From Clostridia bacterium (lineage in GTDB: Bacteria > Bacillota > Clostridia > TANB77 > CAG-508): a DNA stretch of 64,000 bases. The stretch is taken from NCBI GenBank assembly GCA_017626365.1, contig JAGAIV010000036.1:31104-95103 (forward strand), given 5' to 3'. Shown here piece after piece: positions 1-10,404 of this stretch. The position numbers and the translations under genes are program-made. Numbering within the stretch: the stretch's first letter is position 1; each line of letters starts with the position of its first letter. The notes under the pieces are model-generated. The model saw only the letters and a list, made by a program, of their open reading frames with translations. It did not search any database and was not told the origin of the DNA.

Positions 1-3000
1 GCACAAGCATATTGGAAATTCTATAAGTTAACACATAGTGGTACAACAGATATTTTTGAAACTTTAATAAAGGATAGAAGTTCTAACATAAAAGTAGGAG
101 TAGACCAAACTGGTGGATATTATGTAGTTGGACCATTTAAAGTTACATACCCAGATGGAGTATATAACGGAAAAAATCGCTTTAGTTGGGTAGAAAAAGT
201 AGAAGCTGTTACAGATACTGGAACTTATCCAGCAGAAGTTCTAGAGTATAGTGACTTTGGAAAAGAAGGAAGTACATCATTAAATGGAAAAGAATTTTAT
301 ATTAAGTTCTATTCTAATACAGCGACAAACGTTAGCTTAAAAGTAAAATTTGGGTATTTAGAATCTTGTAGTGCTACTATGAAAAAATATGTAGGAAAAA
401 GAATGAATTGTAATTGGACACTTCAAACATCAGGAAAATGCGACCATAGTTATAACGATCCATGGGATGCAAGTAAAAATGATAGTAATGGTAATGGAAT
501 ACAAGATAATGGAGAAGTAGGGGATTGGCATGAGTGGAAAGTAGATAAAAAAAGATATGAAGCAAAAGAAGAAGAAGGTTCTGCAACTCAAAGACTAATG
601 GCATTAGAAGGGCAAGCAAGTAAGAATTATAAATATGTAGAAAAAGTATTGCCATTACAACCAATTCCATTAACTATTGATATAGGAGGAAATGTATTCC
701 TAGATAAAGATGAAGGAAAAGTAAATGAAGGAAATAATGTATTCGATGATGGTGAAGGATTAAAAGGTGTAGAGGTGTATTTATATGAAGCATCAGGAAA
801 TGCAGCAAGTGGCCAATATGAAGAAAAACATGTGCACTCAGGAAGTTCTAGTTCAGGAACAGGATGTTATACAACTCCTATATATCATAAACATGAAGGA
901 AATGTAACAGAGGCAGTATATCATACACATACATTAGAATGTTATAAACATGATGATGCAGGTAATGTAATAGATGCAAGTGGAAAAATATTATATGATA
1001 AGAACCGAAATTTTGTACAAAATGGAACTCCAATCATAATATGTGGTAAAGAAGAGAGAAAAACAATTGATTACTATAAAAACACTTGTGCAGGTAAAGT
1101 AACATATTCAACAAGCTATTTTACGTGTACTAAAACAGAAGGAAAGACAATTGATGGTTATGCCTTAGGATGTAACAAAATAGAAGGACAAACGGTAGAA
1201 GGCAGAAAAGAAGTAAAAAATAAAACAATAACAGGTGATAATGGATATTATGAATTTAAAAATTTAAATGCAATGAAGAAATACTATGTAGAATTCGTAT
1301 ACAATGGTATGTTATATACAAATGTTCTACCATTTACTGGTGATAATGCGGAAAAACAATCTAAAGCTACAGAAGCTGCAGTTTCATCAACAAATCGTCA
1401 AGCATTTAATGATAAATTTAAAGAAATTGGTTCTAATCCAAATAACTATATGAGTCCTTCACGTGGAGCATATAACCAAGTCTTTTTACAAGAAGATATA
1501 GCGGATACATTTAAGACAATAGCAAGTAACTATGGCTCACATGGAAATACTGATAAGGAAGTATTTGCATTTGATTGTAGAATAAGAGCACGTTCTGTAA
1601 AGAATTATCCAGTTCTAGATAAATTTGCAATAAGCGAATCTAATGAGACCTTAGGAGGAGAAACATTCCCAGCATTATATGCAGGAGCTGATAATCCAAA
1701 ACATATTAATTTAGGTATCAAAGCAAGACAAACTTTCGACTTAGCATTATATAAAGATGTATTTAATGCAAAATTAAATATTAATGGACAAGAAGAAGTA
1801 TATACTTATGATGCAAGAAAAGATTGGCAAAATGAAGGATTCAGTTATGGAGTAAGAGAAGATTACTACTTAGAAGAATTAAGAAATAAATATATTGAAG
1901 GCAAGGATACTAATATTACAACAACAGAAGTTGCAAGTGAAGGAGAGTATTCACATGAATATAGAACAGAAGAAATCATCAATGGTAACAATGTAAACGA
2001 AAACTACCAATCTTGGTTAAAAGATAATAATTATTTAAATACATTGTATGGCGAAGATAGTAATAAACAATATGCATGGAGAGATATTAACCATGGCATT
2101 ACAGATAAGGATAAATTACAAATTCATGTAACCTACAAAATAGCAATTCGAAACCAATCTAGCGTAGTAGGTTCTGTTACAGAAATTGTTGATTACTATG
2201 ATAGTCATTACCAATTTGAAAAAGCTTATGTGGGAGATAAAGACGGAAAGGAAATTGCTAACACAAAAGTAGATGCTAGTGAAACTTCAATGTACGGTGA
2301 AGCAACAAGAATGGGAGCAAATGGACAATGGACAGTAGGTTCTGAAAAACGAGGATACAAAACAATTTACTTAAGACCAACAGAGAAAAAATTATATACA
2401 GATGATAAAGAACAATACATTTATGTAACATTTGGATTAATTAATCCAGAAAGTACATTAATTGCAGCTGGATTACCACAAGGAAAAAGATTCTATACAT
2501 ATAACCTAGCAGAAATTAATGGATATAAAACATATGGAACAGATATAAAAGATACAAATTCTTTAGGATTAATTGATAGAGATTCAAATCCAGGTAACTT
2601 TAACCCAGCAACATATGAAATGGGAAAAACAGCATTAGAAGATGATACAAGTAAAGCACCAGCATATGCATATTCAATTCGTACATCAAGAACATTAGAA
2701 GGAAATGTATTTGAAGATGCCTTATCAAAAGATGCAACTGCAAGTAAAGAAAAATATGTTGTAAATGTAGCAAAAACAAGATTTGGAAATGGTACAATAG
2801 ATAGTAGTGATAAGAAAATTGAAGGTGTTAAAGTAGAATTAGTTGAAATTAAGAATGGACAATTAGTAGTTCGTCAAACTACTTACACAGATAAAGATGG
2901 ATGGTATGGATTTGGAGCTTTCTTACCAGGTGATTACACAATTAGGTTCACATATGGTGCAGAAGATAAAACAGCTCTAACAACTACATCACAATATACA

Positions 3001-4542
3001 CAAGGTTTAAATGCCACATCATATAACGGTCAAGATTATCAATCAACAACCTTTACAACAAAACAAGGAGAAACTGTAACACCACATAATTATAAAGTGG
3101 ATGCAACTTTACAAAGTATTTATAATGCAAGTAATGCAGCTAAAAATAGTGAAGAAAAAGATGTAACAGTAGCAGATCAAGTTATTAAAAAATATGATAT
3201 AGAGGGATATTATTGGTTTGATGATCCATATATGGCTAATAAATCGGATGCAGAAGATGATGCAGCAAGAAGAGCACAAGTAGTTGCATATTCAAAAACA
3301 GAATATGGAAAAGAAATTACAAACCATAAAGCAGAAGTGTTTAACTCATATATTAACCAAAAGACATTAAGAGAACAAGAGTCTAAAGACGATAAATTTG
3401 ATAAGTTTACACAAGCACAGCCAATGGAGGAAGTTGTTGATACAGAAGCTAAAAATAGAGAGCTTGTTAATGAACTTGAAAGAAGAACCTATATGTATGC
3501 ATATACACCAGAAATCAAAGTAGAGGTTGAGTATACAACAAAACAAATTGAAGGAAACATGAATGCTAAGAAGGCAGCAGATGATAAGAAAGACTACTAT
3601 GAATACAAGATTACAGGAGTTGACTTCGGAGTAGTAGAAAGACCAAGAACGCAATTAACCATTGACCAAGATATTGATCATATTAAAGTTACAGCAGCAG
3701 ATGGAACGACTTTATTAGAATTACAACATGAAGAAACTGGAGACAACTTTAAGGTGGTAGTAAATAATGGTGATAACTACATGTATGCACCAAAGAGTGA
3801 TTTTAGCAAATATGATAAAGAAGAATTACTAAATGTTATCTTAGATGATGAGTTATTAAGTGGTGCAAAACTAGAAGTAACTTATAACATTACAGTAACA
3901 AACAATAGTGAAGCAAATACTGGTACTACAAGAGCAAAAACAATTATTAATTATGTAGCAAATAACTTAAACTTTGATTTAAGTGACAACAATGGTTTAT
4001 GGGAAGTAGTGAAAAAAGAAGATATTCAAACAACATCTCATTCAACATTTATCAATAACGCATCAAGAAATAAAGATGTAAAATTAGTAGATTTAAGTAC
4101 GCAAACAACAGTATTAAAAGCAACAAATGCTAACCCACTTACAAAGGTACTAAATCCAGGAGAAAGCACAACTTCTACATTAACCCTAAAGAAAACACTA
4201 TCTGCAGAAAGTTCAGTAGATGACTTAAGTTACAGTAATATGAGTGAAATCATAGAAATTGATAATACAGTAGGTAGATATGATCATGGAGCAATTCCAG
4301 GAAACCAAAGCTTAGAAGAACAACCACGTGAACATGATACTTCAGGAGCTAGTAGATACGATGAAATAGACCAAACTTCAGGAACAAAGAATGTAAAAAC
4401 AAGATATCCACAAGATGGTAAAATAATCGTAACACCACCAACAGGTTCAAAAATTATTTACTACGTATTAGGAATTACTTTAGCAGTTATATTAGCAACA
4501 GGAATTATCTTAATTAAGAAATTTGTAATACGTAAAAAATAA
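1..4542 (+). CDS. Large cell-wall-anchored surface adhesin, 5' end outside the window. It has several Cna-B-like repeats and a C-terminal sorting signal (TPPTG, hydrophobic helix, KKFVIRKK tail)
   Basis: Frame 1 is open from position 1 with no stop, so the track ORF 379..4542 is an internal Met. Repeated 'DGxYxF / GDYTxxFxYG' Cna-B-like motifs are present. The C-terminus reads ..VTPPTGSKIIYYVLGITLAVILATGIILIKKFVIRKK, a sortase (S/P)PxTG-like signal. Confidence 0.8.
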   Translation, partial: AQAYWKFYKLTHSGTTDIFETLIKDRSSNIKVGVDQTGGYYVVGPFKVTYPDGVYNGKNRFSWVEKVEAVTDTGTYPAEVLEYSDFGKEGSTSLNGKEFYIKFYSNTATNVSLKVKFGYLESCSATMKKYVGKRMNCNWTLQTSGKCDHSYNDPWDASKNDSNGNGIQDNGEVGDWHEWKVDKKRYEAKEEEGSATQRLMALEGQASKNYKYVEKVLPLQPIPLTIDIGGNVFLDKDEGKVNEGNNVFDDGEGLKGVEVYLYEASGNAASGQYEEKHVHSGSSSSGTGCYTTPIYHKHEGNVTEAVYHTHTLECYKHDDAGNVIDASGKILYDKNRNFVQNGTPIIICGKEERKTIDYYKNTCAGKVTYSTSYFTCTKTEGKTIDGYALGCNKIEGQTVEGRKEVKNKTITGDNGYYEFKNLNAMKKYYVEFVYNGMLYTNVLPFTGDNAEKQSKATEAAVSSTNRQAFNDKFKEIGSNPNNYMSPSRGAYNQVFLQEDIADTFKTIASNYGSHGNTDKEVFAFDCRIRARSVKNYPVLDKFAISESNETLGGETFPALYAGADNPKHINLGIKARQTFDLALYKDVFNAKLNINGQEEVYTYDARKDWQNEGFSYGVREDYYLEELRNKYIEGKDTNITTTEVASEGEYSHEYRTEEIINGNNVNENYQSWLKDNNYLNTLYGEDSNKQYAWRDINHGITDKDKLQIHVTYKIAIRNQSSVVGSVTEIVDYYDSHYQFEKAYVGDKDGKEIANTKVDASETSMYGEATRMGANGQWTVGSEKRGYKTIYLRPTEKKLYTDDKEQYIYVTFGLINPESTLIAAGLPQGKRFYTYNLAEINGYKTYGTDIKDTNSLGLIDRDSNPGNFNPATYEMGKTALEDDTSKAPAYAYSIRTSRTLEGNVFEDALSKDATASKEKYVVNVAKTRFGNGTIDSSDKKIEGVKVELVEIKNGQLVVRQTTYTDKDGWYGFGAFLPGDYTIRFTYGAEDKTALTTTSQYTQGLNATSYNGQDYQSTTFTTKQGETVTPHNYKVDATLQSIYNASNAAKNSEEKDVTVADQVIKKYDIEGYYWFDDPYMANKSDAEDDAARRAQVVAYSKTEYGKEITNHKAEVFNSYINQKTLREQESKDDKFDKFTQAQPMEEVVDTEAKNRELVNELERRTYMYAYTPEIKVEVEYTTKQIEGNMNAKKAADDKKDYYEYKITGVDFGVVERPRTQLTIDQDIDHIKVTAADGTTLLELQHEETGDNFKVVVNNGDNYMYAPKSDFSKYDKEELLNVILDDELLSGAKLEVTYNITVTNNSEANTGTTRAKTIINYVANNLNFDLSDNNGLWEVVKKEDIQTTSHSTFINNASRNKDVKLVDLSTQTTVLKATNANPLTKVLNPGESTTSTLTLKKTLSAESSVDDLSYSNMSEIIEIDNTVGRYDHGAIPGNQSLEEQPREHDTSGASRYDEIDQTSGTKNVKTRYPQDGKIIVTPPTGSKIIYYVLGITLAVILATGIILIKKFVIRKK

Positions 4543-4554
4543 AACAAAATAAAA

Positions 4555-4590
4555 ATAGCACACATTTTAAAATGTGTGCTATTTATTTTC
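4555..4590 (+). terminator. Rho-independent terminator after the adhesin gene
   Basis: Perfect palindrome atagcacacatttt/aaaatgtgtgctat followed by a T-rich tract. Confidence 0.7.
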
Positions 4591-4791
4591 TCTAAAACAT
4601 TGAAAAAATCGCCAAAATGTTATAGAATAATGGTGAAAAAATATTTCTTACATAAGAAAAAGTCATATATCATAAAAAAGTATCACAAAAAGTCAGAAAC
4701 TTTTTTAAATAGAGTACTAAATATGACAAACTATTCAAAAGATTAAGATTAAAATAGATACCGATATTTAAAAAAGTAAGAGGTGGTAGAA

Positions 4792-7287
4792 ATGTTTCAA
4801 AATATACAAGGACAAGCTAGCTTTGGTGATGAATATGAAGAAACAGATTATAAAGAAAATAAAATAAAGAGATTTTTAAAAACGGCTATAACGCCTCAAA
4901 AAATATTAATATATATAGCAAGCTTTATGCTATCTACAATCGAGTGCGCAAGTGGAGTTGCACCATTTGCCATAGCAATATTTGCTGCATGCTTTTCAAA
5001 TCGTGTACCAGTTTTAATTGTTTATGTTTTAACATTACTTGGAAGTTTCATTGGACTAGGTGGATCTTCAACTCTTATGTACTTATTAACTTCACTTGTA
5101 TTTATTGTAATGACATTAATTTTTAAACCAAAAGAAGGTTTAGAATATGAAAATGAGCGATTAAAACTAGGAAAGTATGTATTTATATCCGCATTTTTAG
5201 TACAAGTTTCGAAAATATTCTTTGGGAATTTTATGGTATACGATTTACTAATGAGTGCGATGGTAGCAATATCTTCCTATATTTTCTATAAAATATTTGC
5301 CAATTCTATTATTGTTATAAATGAATTTGGAAAAAAGAAAGCATTCGCTATTGAAGAGGTAATAGGTGCAAGTATTTTACTTGCTATTTGTGCATCTAGT
5401 TTTCGAGGATTTGCAATATTTGGTTTTGAATTAAGAACAATATTAAGTATTCTAGTAGTATTAGTACTAGGGTGGAAAAATGGCGTTTTAGTAGGAGCAA
5501 CCTCAGGAATTACCATAGGAACCATTTTAGGATTAATTGGACAAGATGATCCTATTATGATAGCATCCTATGCACTATCAGGAATGATTGCAGGAATATT
5601 TTCAAGATTTGGAAAATTTGGAGTCATTATTGGATTTATTTTAGGAAATGCAATTTTAACTTATGTAACAAATGGAAATACAGCTTCAATTATATACTTT
5701 AAAGAAATATTAATTGCTTCATTAGGATTACTACTAGTGCCAGAAACTATTCAAATTGATATTGAAGAATTATTCGGAAAAGCAAAATTATTACAATCTG
5801 GACCTGCAAGTCGAATTGAAGAAAATAAAGAAACAGTATACAGGCTAAATAATGTATCTGAAACAATAGCAGATATTGCAGATACCTATAAAGAAGCAGC
5901 AGCTACAATTGTAGAAGACGAAGAAATTGAACAAAAAGAAAATCAAAAAATATTTGTAGATGAATTATTAGCTAATATGGATGGCTTTGAAGATAATATT
6001 CTATATGAAGATATCCAAAATATCGAAAATTCAGAAGTTTTAACTGACGTTTTTAAACTATTAATAGAAAACCAGAAAATAACAAGGAAAGATTTGTTAG
6101 ATATATTTGCAAGTCACAATAATTATATTGTGGGATTTGATAATGCAGAAGTAAGTATGCAACTAGAAAAAGATATTGAAAAAATTGTAAATGTAATAAA
6201 TGAATCATACCGCATTAGTAAAGTTAACTTTATTTGGAAACACAAAATGGATGAAAACAAGAAAACAATGGTAAATCAATTAGATGGAGTTTCTAAAGTA
6301 ATTTCTTCTTTAGCAAACGATATGGAAAAAAGAGAAAAAGAAGAAAATGAATTTATTATTGAAAAAGAAGAAATTTTAAAAATTGCAAAAGAACGAAAAA
6401 TTGATATGAAGGATGTAAAAATCCGAAGAGAAAAAACAGGAAGATATATTATTAATGTTTATGTAGATTCTTGTTGTGAAGAAAATGAAAAACGTGGTTG
6501 TACAATAGAAGCGGTAGAAAAAATTCTATCGAAAGTGTTGGAAGACAAAATTGTTATTCAAAAAAATAACTGTGGACAAAAGAAAGAAACCAACCTTTGT
6601 GTAAATACCTACGCATCACAAGATAGATACATGCTACAGCTTGGAATTTCAAGAAAAACAAAAGAAGGTTCACCAATTTCAGGAGATACCAGCAGTAGTT
6701 TAAAACTAGAAGATGGAAAATACTTACTTGCTATTAGTGATGGAATGGGAACAGGACCAAAAGCAAGACAAAGTAGTAAAATAGCAATTAAAATGTTAGA
6801 AAGATTACTAAGTAACGGATTTGATAAAGATAGTTCCATTGAACTAATTAATTCAACTTTATCTTCTGTAAATTCAGGAGAAGATGACACTTATGCAACA
6901 CTAGATATTGCCATTTTAGACTTATATGCAGGAAATATCGAATTCATAAAAAACGGGGCATGTCCGACTTATATTAAGCAAAATGGTAAGGTACAAATTA
7001 TAAAAGCATTATCTTTACCAGCAGGAATTTTAGAAAATATCAGCCTTGTCGTATACGACAAAGACATCGAAAATAATGATATTCTAGTCATGTGCTCTGA
7101 TGGTATCATGGAATCCAATGCAGAATATCAAAACAAAGAATTATGGGTAAGAGACATACTAGAAAGCATTGAAACTGACAATGTCCAAAAAATAGCAGAC
7201 ATCATCACGAAAGAAGCCATAGACAACGGATATGGACAAGTAAAAGACGACATGACCATAATTGTTGCAAAAATGATAAAAAGATAA
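4792..7287 (+). CDS. spoIIE: Stage II sporulation protein E (SpoIIE). It has an N-terminal polytopic membrane domain and a C-terminal PP2C phosphatase
   Basis: About 10 predicted TM helices, then PP2C motifs (GDTSSSL..ISDGMGTGPKA, CSDGIMES). The ATG at 4792 has RBS aagaggtgg 6 nt upstream; the track start 4783 is a GTG. Confidence 0.85.
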   Translation: MFQNIQGQASFGDEYEETDYKENKIKRFLKTAITPQKILIYIASFMLSTIECASGVAPFAIAIFAACFSNRVPVLIVYVLTLLGSFIGLGGSSTLMYLLTSLVFIVMTLIFKPKEGLEYENERLKLGKYVFISAFLVQVSKIFFGNFMVYDLLMSAMVAISSYIFYKIFANSIIVINEFGKKKAFAIEEVIGASILLAICASSFRGFAIFGFELRTILSILVVLVLGWKNGVLVGATSGITIGTILGLIGQDDPIMIASYALSGMIAGIFSRFGKFGVIIGFILGNAILTYVTNGNTASIIYFKEILIASLGLLLVPETIQIDIEELFGKAKLLQSGPASRIEENKETVYRLNNVSETIADIADTYKEAAATIVEDEEIEQKENQKIFVDELLANMDGFEDNILYEDIQNIENSEVLTDVFKLLIENQKITRKDLLDIFASHNNYIVGFDNAEVSMQLEKDIEKIVNVINESYRISKVNFIWKHKMDENKKTMVNQLDGVSKVISSLANDMEKREKEENEFIIEKEEILKIAKERKIDMKDVKIRREKTGRYIINVYVDSCCEENEKRGCTIEAVEKILSKVLEDKIVIQKNNCGQKKETNLCVNTYASQDRYMLQLGISRKTKEGSPISGDTSSSLKLEDGKYLLAISDGMGTGPKARQSSKIAIKMLERLLSNGFDKDSSIELINSTLSSVNSGEDDTYATLDIAILDLYAGNIEFIKNGACPTYIKQNGKVQIIKALSLPAGILENISLVVYDKDIENNDILVMCSDGIMESNAEYQNKELWVRDILESIETDNVQKIADIITKEAIDNGYGQVKDDMTIIVAKMIKR

Positions 7288-7292
7288 AATTT

Positions 7293-7326
7293 AAGGACGA
7301 AAGTAAAAGCTACTTTCGTCCTTTTT
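7293..7326 (+). terminator. Rho-independent terminator of spoIIE
   Basis: aaggacgaaagta-aaagc-tactttcgtcctt followed by ttttt. Confidence 0.8.
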
Positions 7327-7382
7327 AAGCCCTATTTAGCTAATGCGGCTGTCTGCAAAAGCAGACTGAAGGGTTCTAAAAG
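7327..7382 (+). repeat. GC-rich palindromic intergenic element, family 1 (unit C, degenerate)
   Basis: gccctatttagctaatgcggctgtctgcaaaagcagactgaagggttctaaaag. Aligns with the units at 10343..10389 and 36954..36997. Confidence 0.6.
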
Positions 7383-7459
7383 AATTAAAATCCTACTTTA
7401 CAACTAATCCTAAAAATGATATATTATATTATGTAAAAATAAACCGTGGAGGGGAATAT

Positions 7460-8977
7460 ATGAGCAGAGGAAAACGATATGATACTGAATCAAAACTGAA
7501 TATGAAAAAAGTATTTGCTGTGGTTATGGCAATTGCGGTTATTATTATGTTTGTGATTGGTATTAAAACATTACTAACAACTGATACAAAGGAAAAAACA
7601 ACTATAATTAGTAGCTATTATCCTTGTTTTACAAATGAAAAATGGGGTGTTATTGACCAAACAGGAACAATTGTGATTGAACCGATATATGATGAAATGA
7701 TAACAATTCCAGATAGTAAAAGAGACGTTTTTATCTGTATGCAAGATGTGAATTATGAAGCAAATACCTATACGGTAAAAGTGTTAAATGCAAAAAATAA
7801 AGAAATATTAGCAAATTACGATTTGGTAGAAGCAATTGAAAATGTAGATAAAAATAATAATATGTGGTATGAAGAAGGTGTTTTGAAAGTAAAAAAAGGA
7901 GAATTTTATGGATTGGTTGACTTTTCCGGAAAAGAAATTTTAGCACCAGAGTACCAAGAAATTACAGCACTTTCAGGCATAAAAAATAGCTTATTACTAA
8001 AAAAAGAAGATAAATATGGATTATGTGATAATAAAGGAAAAATTATCATTCCTACAGAATATAAAGAAATTAAATCAATAGGTGATAATTATCAAAATGG
8101 ATATATTGTAGTAAATAGCGAAAATAAATATGGAGTAATCGATTTTGATGCTAAAGTGATTTTAGAGGCAAAATATGAAGAAATAAAACCTGTAACTAAA
8201 AACTACATGTATGTAGTAAAACAAGACGGAAAATGGAAAGTAATAAACAAAGAAGAAGATACTGTATTAGAAGATAAGTTCAGTGATGTGACAGAAATTC
8301 TAGAAGATAAGATTATCATAGCAAAAAATAAGAAATATGGTGTACTGTTAACTACAGGAGAAGAAAAAATAAAGCCACAATATGAAGAACTTTCCGCTTT
8401 ATTTGGAGACTACTATTTAGCTAAAAATAAAGGAAAATATGGGGTAATAAATAGCGAAAATGAAACTATTTTACCATTTGAATATAGTGAGATAACTTAT
8501 CAAAAAGAAGGAGATTTTATTCTTGCTAATAAAGAAGGAGTTTTAACACAAGAATTATATAACAATAAATGGGAAAAACAATTTGATGGTGTTGTTTCTG
8601 ATATTAATACGAAAAATGGATATTTTAGAGTTTACAAAGAAGAAGAATATAAATATTATAATTTCAAGTTTGAAGAAAAAACAGCACAAGAAGTACTAAC
8701 AGGAAATACTCTATTTTTAAGCAAAAAAGACGGAAAATATGGATATGTCAATAAAGATGGAAATGTTGTCATCGATTATATTTATGAAGATGCAACAGAA
8801 TTAAATCAATATGGATTTGCAGCAGTAAAACAAGATGGGATTTGGGGAGCAATTGATAAAACAGGAGCCGTTGTTGTTAAACCAAGTTATGACTTAACCA
8901 ATAATGTTATGATTGATTTTATTGGAAAATGGCATTTGGCAAGTGACTTAAATTCTTATTACTATACAGATAAATAA
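7460..8977 (+). CDS. Membrane-anchored WG/KWG-repeat protein
   Basis: N-terminal TM helix, then at least 8 tandem repeats of about 45 aa of the form K(Y/W)G(V/L)(I/V)D..G..(I/V)(I/L).(P/A).Y.EI. Confidence 0.6.
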   Translation: MSRGKRYDTESKLNMKKVFAVVMAIAVIIMFVIGIKTLLTTDTKEKTTIISSYYPCFTNEKWGVIDQTGTIVIEPIYDEMITIPDSKRDVFICMQDVNYEANTYTVKVLNAKNKEILANYDLVEAIENVDKNNNMWYEEGVLKVKKGEFYGLVDFSGKEILAPEYQEITALSGIKNSLLLKKEDKYGLCDNKGKIIIPTEYKEIKSIGDNYQNGYIVVNSENKYGVIDFDAKVILEAKYEEIKPVTKNYMYVVKQDGKWKVINKEEDTVLEDKFSDVTEILEDKIIIAKNKKYGVLLTTGEEKIKPQYEELSALFGDYYLAKNKGKYGVINSENETILPFEYSEITYQKEGDFILANKEGVLTQELYNNKWEKQFDGVVSDINTKNGYFRVYKEEEYKYYNFKFEEKTAQEVLTGNTLFLSKKDGKYGYVNKDGNVVIDYIYEDATELNQYGFAAVKQDGIWGAIDKTGAVVVKPSYDLTNNVMIDFIGKWHLASDLNSYYYTDK

Positions 8978-8995
8978 TAAAATAAGGGAGAAATT

Positions 8996-10231
8996 ATGGA
9001 ACTAAAGACAAAATACCAATATACGTATTTTATTTATCCATACATAATTCGCGAAAATAAGTATGATAAATATTTATTAAAATTATTAAATCATAAAAAT
9101 TGTAAAGTAAAATTCTTTGAAAAAGAAAAAGATATGGATTTATATACATACTTTTTACCTAAAATTAAAGAGTTTATGTTTCAAGGATTTGAATTTAGTA
9201 AAGATAAAATACGAAAGTTTGAAGAATTTAATAAAGAAATGCAAGCAATCATTCTATCTAGATATCCTGCTACGATATTTGAATACGATTTAGGAACAGA
9301 TATGCAAGGAAAAGCAGGAGAAGAAGAAGGAATATTCTTTCATATGCAAAAAATGCAAATAATATGTTTTAATACAGGAATTTGCTTTTTAGTAATGAAA
9401 ACAAATATTGAAGATAGTAATGATTTTCGAGATGTTTTAGACTTTAATTATAAATTTAGAGATATTTATTCAGAGCTAAATCAGTTAAAAAAATATGAAA
9501 ATATACGCTTACAAACTGCGACTTTTGGAGATGTAAAAAAATTAACAGATTTAATAAAAGAATTAACAGGGAATGTAGAAGATGCAAAAGCACTAAACAT
9601 TGATACAAACCGCTTTTTAACTTTTGCCTATACTTGTATAGAACAAGACGCTTGGAATGATGATAAACAATTTAAAGACATTGAATTTGAATTCTTTAAA
9701 TATGCTAATATTTTCCCAAGCTCTTACAAATCAAACTTTGATAAAAAACATATGGAAATACTTTCAAAATGGAAGTTTATTCGTACAGGATTTACTAAAG
9801 AAGGAGTAGGACTTTTAACTTCTAGCATTGATATTCATAATTACACAAAATTACCATACTTTTATGAAAATCAATACCTATACACCTATATCCTTGCACA
9901 ATACCAAAAAATATATTTAAAGAAATTAGAAAATGAAGCAAAAAATAAAAATATGACGCAACCAGCAAGGGAAAAATTCATAAAATTCACAAAAGAATTA
10001 TGGATAGGGGAAGTTACAAACGATGATGTAGGAACAAATATCTATAAAAAAACAAGACAAGTATGTGATGTACAAAAATTATATGAAGAAGTAAAAAATA
10101 AATTTGATATTGCCTATAAAGAGCTAAATATTGAAAAAGAAAGTAAAGTAAACAAAATTATTCTAGTAATACTAGGAATTTCTTTATTTCTAAATATAAT
10201 AAACTTTATAAGTTTATTAAATATGATGTAA
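8996..10231 (+). CDS. Hypothetical protein with a C-terminal TM anchor
   Basis: ORF with a good RBS (aagggag) and a C-terminal hydrophobic helix. No family recognised. Confidence 0.5.
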   Translation: MELKTKYQYTYFIYPYIIRENKYDKYLLKLLNHKNCKVKFFEKEKDMDLYTYFLPKIKEFMFQGFEFSKDKIRKFEEFNKEMQAIILSRYPATIFEYDLGTDMQGKAGEEEGIFFHMQKMQIICFNTGICFLVMKTNIEDSNDFRDVLDFNYKFRDIYSELNQLKKYENIRLQTATFGDVKKLTDLIKELTGNVEDAKALNIDTNRFLTFAYTCIEQDAWNDDKQFKDIEFEFFKYANIFPSSYKSNFDKKHMEILSKWKFIRTGFTKEGVGLLTSSIDIHNYTKLPYFYENQYLYTYILAQYQKIYLKKLENEAKNKNMTQPAREKFIKFTKELWIGEVTNDDVGTNIYKKTRQVCDVQKLYEEVKNKFDIAYKELNIEKESKVNKIILVILGISLFLNIINFISLLNMM

Positions 10232-10389
10232 GAACCCTCCGTCTCGCTTGCGCGAGCCACCTCCCTTAAATAAAGGAGGCTTTTCTCTATATTTCATAGA
10301 TACGACTACATGCTAGTGCTAAATTAAAATTAGTAGAGTAAAGGCCCCTTTACCTAAGGGGGCTGTCGCCGTTAGGCGACTGGGGGTTC
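10232..10389. repeat. Composite family-1 element: two inverted copies of the GC-rich unit at 10232..10280 and 10343..10389, flanking an AT-rich core
   Basis: The reverse complement of the left unit (gcctcctttatttaagggaggtggctcgcgcaagcgagacggagggttc) aligns with the right unit (ggcccctttacctaagggggctgtcgccgttaggcgactgggggttc). Each unit has two hairpins. Confidence 0.65.
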
Positions 10390-10404
10390 TAAGAGGAGAA
10401 CACT

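Noticed and set aside
2600-3654. Several minus-strand ORFs of 60 to 110 aa inside the adhesin gene (and similar antisense ORFs inside spoIIE, the ABC genes, fadD, sufB and others)
   Set aside because: Typical AT-rich antisense ORFs with Leu/Phe/Ile-rich translations, lying inside strongly supported genes.
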